In this document: positions 54,998-64,000 of the stretch, one piece after another
Layout: every line of letters begins with the position of its first letter
How positions within the stretch are numbered: position 1 is the first letter of the stretch
Source of the DNA: a bacterium
GTDB taxonomy: Bacteria; UBA10199; 2-02-FULL-44-16; JAAZCA01
Assembly (NCBI GenBank): GCA_963674695.2
Contig: CAXXGI010000002.1
Coordinates: 160,001-224,000, forward strand
Reading direction: 5' to 3'
Length of the DNA stretch: 64,000 nucleotides
Position numbers and translations under genes: made by a program
The notes under the pieces: model-generated
What the model was told of the DNA's origin: nothing
Databases searched by the model: none
What the model saw: the letters and a program-made list of their open reading frames with translations, nothing else

Positions 54998-56107
54998 TCA
55001 TCTCCAACTGAAGTCACGTTTTTCGCGTTTCTTGCAATCGTCATCATGGCTCGTCCATCCCTTCACGCCATGGCTGCAGGTATAGGTGCTTTTTGTGCCG
55101 CCTGAACCGCTTTCATCCATCCCACAGGAGTAGCGTTCGCTCCACGTGACCCGGCAGTGATTCTTCTTGAAGTAACGCCTTCCGGTCTTGTTGTGTCCGA
55201 TTTCGCCCAGCATCTTGTCGGCCATTTCGGCGCGGATGCGCGCATTTCCCAGCTCGTCGTTCGTGCCGCCATAGAAGCGATAGCTGCGATAGCGATCCAT
55301 AATCGCCATGATGTCGTCGGGATGGACCCAGATCTTCCAGTCCTCATCCATGGCATATTTGTGGTAGCTCTCCACCTCTTTCCAGGTCGATTCCGATGTC
55401 TTCTGATACGCCGCGATCTGGTCCTGCTTTTTCTTCTCCACGGCTTCGCGCTCCGTGCGCTCCTTTTCCAGGCGATCGGTCTCCTGTTTTTTCGCTACGG
55501 CGATGTCGTAGGATTTCTCTTCGTTTGCCATGCGTTTTTCCACCGCATCGATCAGACGCATGCCCGTCGATGACGAGCAGGCCTCGATCGATCCCTTCTT
55601 TGCCGCACAGCTATAGAGCTGATAGGCCCCCTCGCTCAGGATAGCGTCGTAGGGCGATCGATTCGGTTTGCGCGAAGGATCGGCCGTCGGCACTGCCTCG
55701 GCCCAACCCGCGGCGAGTGCGCCCTGCACGTCGAGATCTATGCGGAGATAGTCCTCCAGCTCATCCGCGCCGAAGATGCCGCCGAAAAAAAGCGGGGCAA
55801 TGCCTCTGGGTAGGCGCGACCGGAAGCCGCTCTCGTTGTTGGAGAGGTGTCCACCGCTGCGCATATGGAGCGTGGTCTGATGTGTGCGACCATCGTAGCC
55901 GGCCCAGTTCTGGCGCAGGAGGATGTCGCCGTCGCCTCGAAACAGCCCCCGGTCGAAGGTGAGTGTGCGCGGGATTGTTCCCGGCGCATACGCCTTTGCA
56001 AAGGTATCGTGTACGGTGGCGGTCTGTTCGGCGTCGACGCCCGGGAGCTGCTCGAGCACCTTGAGATAGAGCGGCAGGTTGATCGTGCGTGTGTTGACGG
56101 ATCCCAT
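54998..56107 (-). CDS. Hypothetical protein (369 aa; coiled coil, Cys-containing C-terminus)
   Basis: AAGGAGGAGG RBS; host-like codon use; no recognised family. Confidence 0.75.
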   Translation of the reverse strand: MGSVNTRTINLPLYLKVLEQLPGVDAEQTATVHDTFAKAYAPGTIPRTLTFDRGLFRGDGDILLRQNWAGYDGRTHQTTLHMRSGGHLSNNESGFRSRLPRGIAPLFFGGIFGADELEDYLRIDLDVQGALAAGWAEAVPTADPSRKPNRSPYDAILSEGAYQLYSCAAKKGSIEACSSSTGMRLIDAVEKRMANEEKSYDIAVAKKQETDRLEKERTEREAVEKKKQDQIAAYQKTSESTWKEVESYHKYAMDEDWKIWVHPDDIMAIMDRYRSYRFYGGTNDELGNARIRAEMADKMLGEIGHNKTGRRYFKKNHCRVTWSERYSCGMDESGSGGTKSTYTCSHGVKGWTSHDDDCKKREKRDFSWR

Positions 56108-56336
56108 AGTTCCCTCCTCCTTCGGTTGTCCCCAAATGATGCCTCCTCTCTAAGCAAGGAGCGTGCCATCTTTGTGCGAGAAGGGGAGGAAGATGCAGAA
56201 GGTTGAAATGACGGGGTTTTCAGCTCTGGCGATGATTTGCCGCGAATCGGCATGGTGTCGTTTTGTGGGAGAGGGGTGTTCCAATTGTTGAAAAACGTGG
56301 GTTTCGTGGGAGTGGATGCCAACGCTGAACACATAC

Positions 56337-56366
56337 AAAAAAACCGGTGCTCGTGTGAGCACCGGT
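56337..56366 (-). terminator. Rho-independent terminator
   Basis: ACCGGTGCTC-GTGT-GAGCACCGGT with U-tract on the minus strand. Confidence 0.8.
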
Positions 56367-56394
56367 CGTGAGAGAGCCCCCCTTAAGGGCCGGT

Positions 56395-59091
56395 TTAGGT
56401 CGTTTCTTCGTCGTCGGTCGGCGTTTCATCCTCTTCCGCGACATCTTCTTCAGCTGGTTCATCGGCGGGCGCATCCTCGTCGCTTCCCACTTCGATGACG
56501 CCGGCGATATCCACGACGACGTCACCGCCGATGGCACCCTTGGCGGTTCCGACGGCGACCACATGCTGCACCGCATTCGCTTCCGCCTTTACGGTGGAGG
56601 TGAGGTTCAGCGCCTGCACTTTGCCGAGGCTTCCGCCCGTGCCGTTGTCCAAGCCGACCCATGCGCCGCCCGCATCGATGCCGCGCAGAATCGCAACGCC
56701 ATCATCCGTGCCGGCCACGAGCACGCCGCCGCCCGCGCTGTAGGGATCGACGCCGAGGGCGAAGACCGGTGCGCCGAGTGAACCGACCGCCGCAAAGGAG
56801 CAGGAGTCAACACTCGTCACATAGACACCGTCGGCGGTTCCGGCATAGACCTTCTTCGCCTGGAGATCATAGTTGATGGTATAGACGTCCGTATCCTTCA
56901 GCCCGCATTCGCTCCAGGTGGCACCCTTGTCGGAACTGACGAAGACGCCGCCCTCTGCCGTGCCATAGCCGTGTGCCGCTGCGGCGAAGACCTTGTTCGC
57001 CGATGCGACATATTCCAGATCGTTCACCAGCCGCCCGTACATCATATAGGCCGCTCCCGCGTCGCGCGTCTGACCCTTCGGCGGGATGTTCTGCCAGGGA
57101 TTCTCTTCGGGCTTACTCATATGGGCATCGGCAGACGGCAGCATGAAGGCGCCGTTGTCGATAGCGGCGATAAGCCGGCCGTCGTCGAAGGTAAGGATAT
57201 CGCAGACGCCCATCATCGAGACGAGCTTCCAGTCCTTTCCGGAATACTTCGTGCCATGTTGGACTTCACCGCGACAGGTGTTGTGCGAGCCGGAATAAGG
57301 ATGATCCTTGTTGGCGCGAATCGGAAATGACTCGAAGAGTGACCAGCTTGCGCCGTCATCGGAATACATAATCGCGCCTGCCGTTCCCATGTATGTGCGA
57401 TCGCTTTTGTCTGCGGCGATGGCACTCACCGGATAGCTCATCTTCTCGAGAAACGTGCCGTTGATATAACCGGCAAGATTGCGGTGCGCAAGCATAGCCG
57501 GACCGAAGGCGACCTGATGCATCTGATCGCTTTCAAGGTGGACGCTGTCCGACTGAAAGAGCAATGCGGTTCCATCGCTGTAGCCGCCGCGCTGAACGCC
57601 ATAGAGCAGGAGATTTCCCTGAGAGGCGGCGGCCGGTTCGATGCGCGTGATCGGAAGCGAAGCGCCGCCGTTCGGATCGCGCAGGACCTTCGGCGTGCTC
57701 GCGAGTGCCTGTACGGCGAGCACGCTCTGGTCGACGTCGGTTCCCTCAGTGCGCCATTTGACCTGCACGCCCGTCTTGCGCGGCACGCGCACCTTCTTGC
57801 GAATGGTCGTCTCGCCACCGAAGCCGGAGAGTACGACCTGTCCGCTATCCTGGCCCGCGTCCGAGATGACGATCTTGGTGATCACCTGCGGGTTGTTGAG
57901 CGCCTGAAGCTCTACTGTGACCTCTTCACCCGCAAAGGCCCAGCCATCGGAAACGATCTTGATGCCGGCCGCGCCCGCGTTCTGCTGCGTGATGGTGGCC
58001 ACCGCCGTGTCGCTGGCTTCACCCAGGCTCGCGATGAGCGTGAAGGTGGTCAGCTTCCCCTGCGGATAACAGTTTTCGATGCGCTGCAGTGCGCCGGTCG
58101 AAGCGATCGGACTCTCGTCGGTGGGCAACACACAGCCCTGCACGTCGCCGTCGACGTCGATGACGATCTGCGCATCCGCTGGCGTGACCATGAACTGCAG
58201 CGTCACGGCCGTGTCGTTGTTGAGAACGATCGGTTTGTCCACGGTGAAGCTCTCGACTTCGAGTGTGATGCGCGCGACGTCGATGACCAGATCGACGCTC
58301 TTGGTGTTGGTGGGATCACTCTGATCGGTCACGGTGATCGTGTAGGTCGTGCGGCCATCCGGTGCGACGGTGGCACATCCCATCGGCGGGATGTTGCCCA
58401 CCTCGCCCGCGGCGAGAATGGCGGCGGTATCTCCGTCGCACTGATCGGTTCCAGCAATCGGTTCATCGGTGTCAGCGACGATGGCGATGTCCACGCCTTC
58501 GGTCGGCGTCACACTCCAGCGCAGGACGGTCTGGCTCTGTCCGGCGGTGAGTTCCGTGGCATCCGCGCCAAACTCCACCGCGATATCGGCCGACTGAATG
58601 ACGGTGACGGTGATCGTCTGCGAGACCGACGAAAGTCCCGCGTCCGGCGTGAGCGCGCCTTCGGGAATCTCTTCGCCCTCGTCTTCTCCTTCGAGCGCGA
58701 GCGCGGCCGATTCGAGTTCGACCTCGCCGCCTTCCTCAGCGCTGGCGACCGAAGCGGTCAAGATAAAGTCGGTGGTAGCGGAAAGTCCCGCCGCCTCCGC
58801 GCTTCCCGAGAGCTCGCTTGTGTCGATATGGAAGTCGACCGGGTCGCCCTGCGAGATCGCGATGATCTCCACGCGATCGGCGCCAGCCACCTCCCAGGTG
58901 ATCGTAGTCGATCCGCCCGCATTGACCTCGGCGGGATCCGCCTGAAAGGTCATGATGATGGGCGAGGCGGGCACGACATCCAGGTTCATGCCGCCGAGCG
59001 TGATTTGCCCGTCGTCGCATCCGGCGATGACGAGTACGGCGATGACCCCTATGGCCAGCCGCGTTGCTGTGGTGAAGATCGTCTGTTTCAT
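56395..59091 (-). CDS. Large lipoprotein with Ig-like repeats and BNR/Asp-box beta-propeller
   Basis: Lipobox IAGC; FQADPAEVNAGGSTTITW Ig-like repeats; SDDGASW and SSDKGATW Asp-boxes; acidic tail. Confidence 0.8.
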   Translation of the reverse strand: MKQTIFTTATRLAIGVIAVLVIAGCDDGQITLGGMNLDVVPASPIIMTFQADPAEVNAGGSTTITWEVAGADRVEIIAISQGDPVDFHIDTSELSGSAEAAGLSATTDFILTASVASAEEGGEVELESAALALEGEDEGEEIPEGALTPDAGLSSVSQTITVTVIQSADIAVEFGADATELTAGQSQTVLRWSVTPTEGVDIAIVADTDEPIAGTDQCDGDTAAILAAGEVGNIPPMGCATVAPDGRTTYTITVTDQSDPTNTKSVDLVIDVARITLEVESFTVDKPIVLNNDTAVTLQFMVTPADAQIVIDVDGDVQGCVLPTDESPIASTGALQRIENCYPQGKLTTFTLIASLGEASDTAVATITQQNAGAAGIKIVSDGWAFAGEEVTVELQALNNPQVITKIVISDAGQDSGQVVLSGFGGETTIRKKVRVPRKTGVQVKWRTEGTDVDQSVLAVQALASTPKVLRDPNGGASLPITRIEPAAASQGNLLLYGVQRGGYSDGTALLFQSDSVHLESDQMHQVAFGPAMLAHRNLAGYINGTFLEKMSYPVSAIAADKSDRTYMGTAGAIMYSDDGASWSLFESFPIRANKDHPYSGSHNTCRGEVQHGTKYSGKDWKLVSMMGVCDILTFDDGRLIAAIDNGAFMLPSADAHMSKPEENPWQNIPPKGQTRDAGAAYMMYGRLVNDLEYVASANKVFAAAAHGYGTAEGGVFVSSDKGATWSECGLKDTDVYTINYDLQAKKVYAGTADGVYVTSVDSCSFAAVGSLGAPVFALGVDPYSAGGGVLVAGTDDGVAILRGIDAGGAWVGLDNGTGGSLGKVQALNLTSTVKAEANAVQHVVAVGTAKGAIGGDVVVDIAGVIEVGSDEDAPADEPAEEDVAEEDETPTDDEETT

Positions 59092-59165
59092 ATCCCTAAC
59101 CCCTTGGTTTGTGTTGCATCCACTTTAAGCTCAAGTCCCCGAGAAGGACTCAAGCTATTCATTTA

Positions 59166-62100
59166 TCAATACTTGTAGCCGACATTCATCATGCCGCCGT
59201 ATCCCAAACGGAATTCATCCTGTCCCGTGCCCATGAGGAAGAGCTGGGGATTGAGGCAGAAGCCATTTTCCTTGTCCGTGTTATCGACATCGCCGAAAAT
59301 CATCGGAAAGGCAATGAGCCCCATGATAGCTCGATTTCCAAGCAGATAGGTGTAGTCACCGGTTCCAGGAGAGGTGTCGCCAAGGGTTGATGGTCCAACG
59401 GCTCCATCACCCTTCTGCTCAACGCCGCCGCTTACACCCGCGCCGGCGAGAACACCGTAGAAGCTCGCCTTGAACTTTTTGTTCTTTCCCGTGATCGGAT
59501 TGGTCGTGCCACCATAGAGCGGTGCATCGAAACGAAGTGCGGCCAGGTGCTGCGTGAGGTCGACACCGCTGTAGTTGTACATGAGGTTCATTCGATACTG
59601 GGCCCCCACGCCGAACTCGGTTGGGCTGTCCTTAAAGGATGCGCCGAAACCGAAACTGAACGCACTCATATTGTCCTTTGGACCGTTGAGGATCTGCGCA
59701 CCGCCGAATTCGCTGCCCAGCGTCCACTCCTTGGCCTTGTCCGGATGTCCCGAAATATAGACCGAGCCTTGAATGGTGTCGGCATCTCCACCGCTGGCGA
59801 CATCTTCATACTTTCCGCTTCCATCGTCCTTCTTTGGTGGTTGGAAGTTGATGCCGCCTGAGTCGCGCGCATAGACGGCGCTGCCGCCGAGCGTGAGGTG
59901 CTCATCGAGCAGCGAGAACGTGATATCACCACGTATACCCAGGCCACCGCCAAGGACGGCTTTGTCCTGCCAGAACGAGCTTCCCAAGGCCATATCGATA
60001 CCGCCCGGCGTCGGATCGAGGATACCACCGGTAATCGCGATCTCAGCCTTATTCGTCTTGTTGAATTCCGGCCTGAAGATGAGTGTGGGATGCAGGGCAT
60101 TTACATTAGCATAGGTGCCGCCGCGTTCTCCGCCTGCGCCATAGACGAGGCTTTTGTCGTCGCCCGGTTTGTCGAACATCGGCATGCTGTCGCCTGCTCC
60201 AGCACCAAAGCGCAGTTGGAGTTCAAACCACTTCGCGCTCGGTGGATTCCAGTTCATTCCCAAGGTTCCGCCGAATTTTGCTTGAAAATGATCAGTGCTG
60301 CCATGGACCGTAGCGGTTCCAAGGTTGCCATTCAGATCGAGGTAGAACTGGACCTGATTCAGCTTTCCATAGGCTTGCTTCGGCGCTCTGGTACGCGTCG
60401 AGTCATACACCACCTCGGTGACCTTATGTTCGTCGTCGAGGGCGACTTCTTCGGTGTAGCTGAGAAACTTGTATGCACCGATGGCGACGTTGTAGCGGCC
60501 GCCCTTTGTGCGGCTGTTGGATAGGACGAATGCAGCGGCCTTGTTCGAAATGCCCTGGGCCAGCTTCGTCCGGCGCTTGGCGTATTTACTGCCGTCGCCC
60601 AGGAAATAATCATGGTCTTCATCGAGGGCTTGCTCGTAGAGCTCGCGCAGTTTCGAGCACAAGGCCAGCTGGGCCATGTTCGTTCCCCCGTCGATATCGA
60701 CGAGTCGACGAACGACGGTGTTCGACAGCAGCGCTGACTCGGGGGCGTATTCGATCGTGACCTTGCCCTTGTCGAGGTCGACATCCTGGACCATCGCCAG
60801 GGCGATCATGTGCGTGGGGACCTTGCCCGTTACCTGTGCCGCGATCGACTGGGCCAGATCGTTGCGCAGCTCGATGTCCTCCTCTTCCTCTTCATTGGTC
60901 AGGGCGTATTCCAGGTTTTCGCCGAGTTCTTCGCGGACGAAGTCGATCGTCCGATCCCAGAGATCGCCGATGGCCAGGGCGCGCAGTTCGGAATCCTGAC
61001 CGCCGCCGCGGATGGCGTCGAAGAGGACCGGCGGATAGCCGGCCAGACGCTCCGGAACTTCAAAGGTGCCCGCGACACCGCCGAGCGAGACGGCGGTAAG
61101 CTTTTTCCCTTCAAGCACCGCGCTGGCCTTGGCGCCGCGCAGCATGGCGAGCAACAGGTCGTGCTCGTCGGCATCATCGTCTGCTGCATCGAGCTTTTCC
61201 GCGAATGCCGTGTTGACGGCAGCCGCGAGTTTCTTGGCGAGCTTCTTCTCGATCTTCTTGGGCTTCCCTTTCTGATCGCGGAAACTCTGAAGCGCCTCAA
61301 TGAAGAGGCGGCGCAGCTCACCGACGATTTTACCGCCAAGGGCGTCGGTGGTCGTGAGTCCCAAGGCTTCGGGTTCTAAGAGTGCATCGGGAATCTGCTT
61401 GAAGCCGATCCGGTAAGCGCCGGACTCGCGGTCGACATCATCCACGTAGGCCTTGCGGACTTCCGGCAGATCCTCGAGCCAGTAGCAGGTGATTTGCCCC
61501 TCGACGCAGTCTTCGTCCTCTTCATCATCGCAGGTACCGCAAAACTCGCGGTGCTTCGCGATCATCTCTTCATCGACCAACTGATCGCCGATCGCTTCGA
61601 AGGCCATGAGCTGTTCCTGCAGCGGGAGTTTTCCCATCGCCTCGAAGAAGATGCGGGCCAGCTCTTCGGCCAGGGCTTGATCCTTCTTGTCACCATTGGC
61701 CAGTTCATCAATCTTGGCGCTGAGCTTCTCCGGAAAGGGGATGCCGCTACGCAGCGCCAACATCAGACGCATGAGGTCCATGTCGTTGCGCGGGGCATCG
61801 TCGCACTCGGGGCAGGAGTCCGGCATCTCGCTCACCTTCTGGGCCATCGCGGTCATATACTGCGCCCAGGTGCGCGTCTGACCATCCGGAAGTGTGATCA
61901 TCTGCGGCGCGGCCTGGACGGTGTTTCCGTTTGAGAGTGCCACATCCACTTCAGCACCCGTGACCGTGGCCTGAAAACAGGCGGCGCGATAGGCGGGGGC
62001 ATCGATGTCGACATCGTCGGCCGCAATGGTCGGCACCACGTCCTGGCTGAAGCGCACGCCACAGCCCTCGTAGGCCATGACCGCGGCCGCCATGAAATAG

Positions 62101-62294
62101 CTGACGCCGAAGGTGGCCTGCTGCTTCTCGCTCATGCCGGTTGTGACCGATTCAAAATTTGACGTCGTCGGATCGAAACAGGCGTTGACTTGCTCGTCAT
62201 CGATGATGCCATCCTGGCATCCCAGGCCCTTGGTGACGGACATGACTTTGTCGGTCAACTCGCGATTCAGCTTAATCTCTCCAGCGCCGATCAT
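59166..62294 (-). CDS. Large hypothetical protein, helical N-terminus and beta-barrel-like C-terminus
   Basis: GAAGGAGG RBS before ATG 62294; alternating beta-strand pattern ending MNVGYKY. Confidence 0.65.
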   Translation of the reverse strand: MIGAGEIKLNRELTDKVMSVTKGLGCQDGIIDDEQVNACFDPTTSNFESVTTGMSEKQQATFGVSYFMAAAVMAYEGCGVRFSQDVVPTIAADDVDIDAPAYRAACFQATVTGAEVDVALSNGNTVQAAPQMITLPDGQTRTWAQYMTAMAQKVSEMPDSCPECDDAPRNDMDLMRLMLALRSGIPFPEKLSAKIDELANGDKKDQALAEELARIFFEAMGKLPLQEQLMAFEAIGDQLVDEEMIAKHREFCGTCDDEEDEDCVEGQITCYWLEDLPEVRKAYVDDVDRESGAYRIGFKQIPDALLEPEALGLTTTDALGGKIVGELRRLFIEALQSFRDQKGKPKKIEKKLAKKLAAAVNTAFAEKLDAADDDADEHDLLLAMLRGAKASAVLEGKKLTAVSLGGVAGTFEVPERLAGYPPVLFDAIRGGGQDSELRALAIGDLWDRTIDFVREELGENLEYALTNEEEEEDIELRNDLAQSIAAQVTGKVPTHMIALAMVQDVDLDKGKVTIEYAPESALLSNTVVRRLVDIDGGTNMAQLALCSKLRELYEQALDEDHDYFLGDGSKYAKRRTKLAQGISNKAAAFVLSNSRTKGGRYNVAIGAYKFLSYTEEVALDDEHKVTEVVYDSTRTRAPKQAYGKLNQVQFYLDLNGNLGTATVHGSTDHFQAKFGGTLGMNWNPPSAKWFELQLRFGAGAGDSMPMFDKPGDDKSLVYGAGGERGGTYANVNALHPTLIFRPEFNKTNKAEIAITGGILDPTPGGIDMALGSSFWQDKAVLGGGLGIRGDITFSLLDEHLTLGGSAVYARDSGGINFQPPKKDDGSGKYEDVASGGDADTIQGSVYISGHPDKAKEWTLGSEFGGAQILNGPKDNMSAFSFGFGASFKDSPTEFGVGAQYRMNLMYNYSGVDLTQHLAALRFDAPLYGGTTNPITGKNKKFKASFYGVLAGAGVSGGVEQKGDGAVGPSTLGDTSPGTGDYTYLLGNRAIMGLIAFPMIFGDVDNTDKENGFCLNPQLFLMGTGQDEFRLGYGGMMNVGYKY

Positions 62295-62366
62295 AATGCC
62301 TCCTTCAAGAGGTGTGAGTGCGTCTATCGTTTCGCTCAAACAACAATCGCCGTCATGGCGATCTCA

Positions 62367-63998
62367 TCAGATTCCCATGCATTTGTCGTAGTCATCCCAC
62401 GATTCGCCCAGTTTTGGTTTTTTACAGACCTTCTTCTCCGGCTTTGGTTCGCTCTTCTGGCTCACATGCGTATCCTTCGGTTTGGTGCCCTTGTTACTTG
62501 GCGATTTGATTGTCGGTGTTGTCGTCGTCTTTATTTTCGACACACAGGCATAGCCCTTTCGCTTGTCGTCCGCGGTGAATGGGGGGGCGACATTATTCCG
62601 ATCCACATAAAATTTTGCCTTTTTTCCACCGATCGTAATCGTCGAGCAATCGATGCACTCCGCTTGACCCTTCTCCGTCTGGGGAGGGGAAAAGCCCCAG
62701 CCCATCTTGGCGCAGCTTTCAAGCGTGCCTACGCAGGCGCTCCCATCGGCATTGCGAGCCGATCCCTCTGTCCCCGGGTGGGCGCCACACACGATGCACG
62801 CTCCATCCACAAAGGCTTCGTTGTCTTTACAGCCATTGGCGCTCGTTGCCTTCCCCGTATTTTTGAACGAGGCAAGCCGCTCCTGCATGAGTGAGACCAT
62901 TTCGCGCACAACCAGCAGGATGTTCTTCTGCTCGACCGTCAGCGGTCCAGGTACTGTTCCGTCGGAGGTGACATGTTGGTCCACGAGCGCGCGCGCCGCC
63001 TTCAGGTGTTCTTCGACGATTTCGTATGACGTCTTCGTCGCTCCACTGTCCTTCTTTGCCAACTCCCCTGCGCGCGATGTCGCCGCCGTGTCGAGCATGT
63101 CGCCGATGGCCTTGAGCGGTGCATCGCATGGCTTCTTATATGCGTCGATCGCCTTGAGCAGGTCTTCCTGCAGTGCCTTGCTCTTGGCGCCGAGCTTGTC
63201 GAAGACATTTTTCTGCTGTTCTTCATTCATCTCCTTGAGAAACGATTGGAGATAGGAACTCGTGGCCGTGAGCTCATTCGATCGATCGATGAGTGCCTTC
63301 GGCAGGACCTCCGTGGTTTTCATCGCCGCGATCGCTGTTTGCAGCTTTTCGACTTCCGCCTTGAGTTTATCCTTCTCGCCGATTCCCACACCGCGCACAT
63401 CGGCGCTTATGAGCAGGCGCTCGAACGTGGACAGGGAGCTCAGTGTTTCCGCCCGCATCTTTCTGAACTGCTCTTCGAACGCTGCGATCTGTTGCGGGGC
63501 GGCGGCAGCCAGTTCCTGCAGCTGGGGATTGTTCTGAAGCTGTGCCTGTCCGAGCATCATCTCCAGTGTTGAGATCTGCACGGCGATATTGGTCAGTCCG
63601 TCGACATACCGTGAGATCTGTTTCTGTCTCTCCTGCACGCGCATGAACGAATAGAGATGCGTTTTGTTGGCCTGGTTCACATGCCAGGCCGCTTCCCAGA
63701 CATCGGCGAATTCGCGTTCCTTCGCGGGAAAGACCGACCGTGCGGCCTTCATTTCATCGGTCGTGAGATCTTTGGGCGCGATGCCCTCCACGGCATAGAT
63801 CGCGCTGTCCCACCAGTTCGCCAGCGGCGCCTTGAACGTCGTCTTGAAATAATCTCTCATCGCCTTGAGGACCGGGATCGCCGGGTTGTCGATCTCGATC
63901 GTGTCGGCGATGTAGGCGCCAGTGCTATCGACGACATATTTGTCGTTCATCTCTTTGAACGTCGTGACGCTGATCTTCTCCGCGCCCCCACGGGCGTG
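62367..63998 (-). CDS. Hypothetical coiled-coil protein with Cys-rich C-terminus (5' end outside the window)
   Basis: Frame open from the window edge through 63950; heptad-rich middle; about ten Cys near the C-terminus. Confidence 0.7.
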   Translation of the reverse strand, partial: HARGGAEKISVTTFKEMNDKYVVDSTGAYIADTIEIDNPAIPVLKAMRDYFKTTFKAPLANWWDSAIYAVEGIAPKDLTTDEMKAARSVFPAKEREFADVWEAAWHVNQANKTHLYSFMRVQERQKQISRYVDGLTNIAVQISTLEMMLGQAQLQNNPQLQELAAAAPQQIAAFEEQFRKMRAETLSSLSTFERLLISADVRGVGIGEKDKLKAEVEKLQTAIAAMKTTEVLPKALIDRSNELTATSSYLQSFLKEMNEEQQKNVFDKLGAKSKALQEDLLKAIDAYKKPCDAPLKAIGDMLDTAATSRAGELAKKDSGATKTSYEIVEEHLKAARALVDQHVTSDGTVPGPLTVEQKNILLVVREMVSLMQERLASFKNTGKATSANGCKDNEAFVDGACIVCGAHPGTEGSARNADGSACVGTLESCAKMGWGFSPPQTEKGQAECIDCSTITIGGKKAKFYVDRNNVAPPFTADDKRKGYACVSKIKTTTTPTIKSPSNKGTKPKDTHVSQKSEPKPEKKVCKKPKLGESWDDYDKCMGI

Positions 63999-64000
63999 TT

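Noticed and set aside
57484-59178. 564-aa plus-strand ORF (and similar ORFs at 49661-50659 and 50801-51865)
   Set aside because: Antisense shadows of well-supported minus-strand genes in high-GC DNA

Overview
The window has two compositionally different parts joined at about 42,060-42,090. LEFT (1 to ~42,090, visibly more AT-rich) is the right end of an integrated element. It opens with a defence-island-like block at 1-8,071: the C-terminus of a DUF499-type ATPase, a 797-aa orphan with a zinc ribbon and PD-(D/E)xK-like end, and a GIY-YIG / small HTH-like / Cas4-like nuclease / SIR2-like run transcribed divergently from an XRE + ImmA/IrrE (CapH/CapP-like) pair. Next is a ~34-kb minus-strand myovirus morphogenesis cassette at 8,072-41,989. 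In transcription order it encodes two DNA methylases, a TerS-like gene, an AbiE toxin-antitoxin, portal-MuF fusion, protease/scaffold, decoration, capsid, neck, sheath, tube, tail chaperone with a -1 frameshift, tape measure, baseplate, fibre, lysis genes, HU, sigma factor, Mor activator and TerL. An antisense trypsin-like protease moron sits inside the tail operon. No integrase or replication genes are recognisable in the window. A degenerate tRNA-Arg 3' end at 42,058-42,092 looks like the attR. RIGHT (~42,100-64,000) is GC-rich host DNA of deltaproteobacterial/Myxococcota-like character: groES-groEL with a perfect CIRCE, an outer-membrane barrel, a CHASE2 adenylate cyclase with a FecR/DUF928-like partner, an S8 protease next to a stand-alone copy of its own prodomain, large hypothetical surface proteins and six GTCAT...ATGAC REP-like palindromes. 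Best candidates for undescribed biology are the CapH/CapP-like-controlled nuclease/SIR2 operon, the 797-aa orphan, and the replication-less virion cassette with its own sigma/Mor/HU regulators. All family calls come from motif recognition by eye; no database searches were run.
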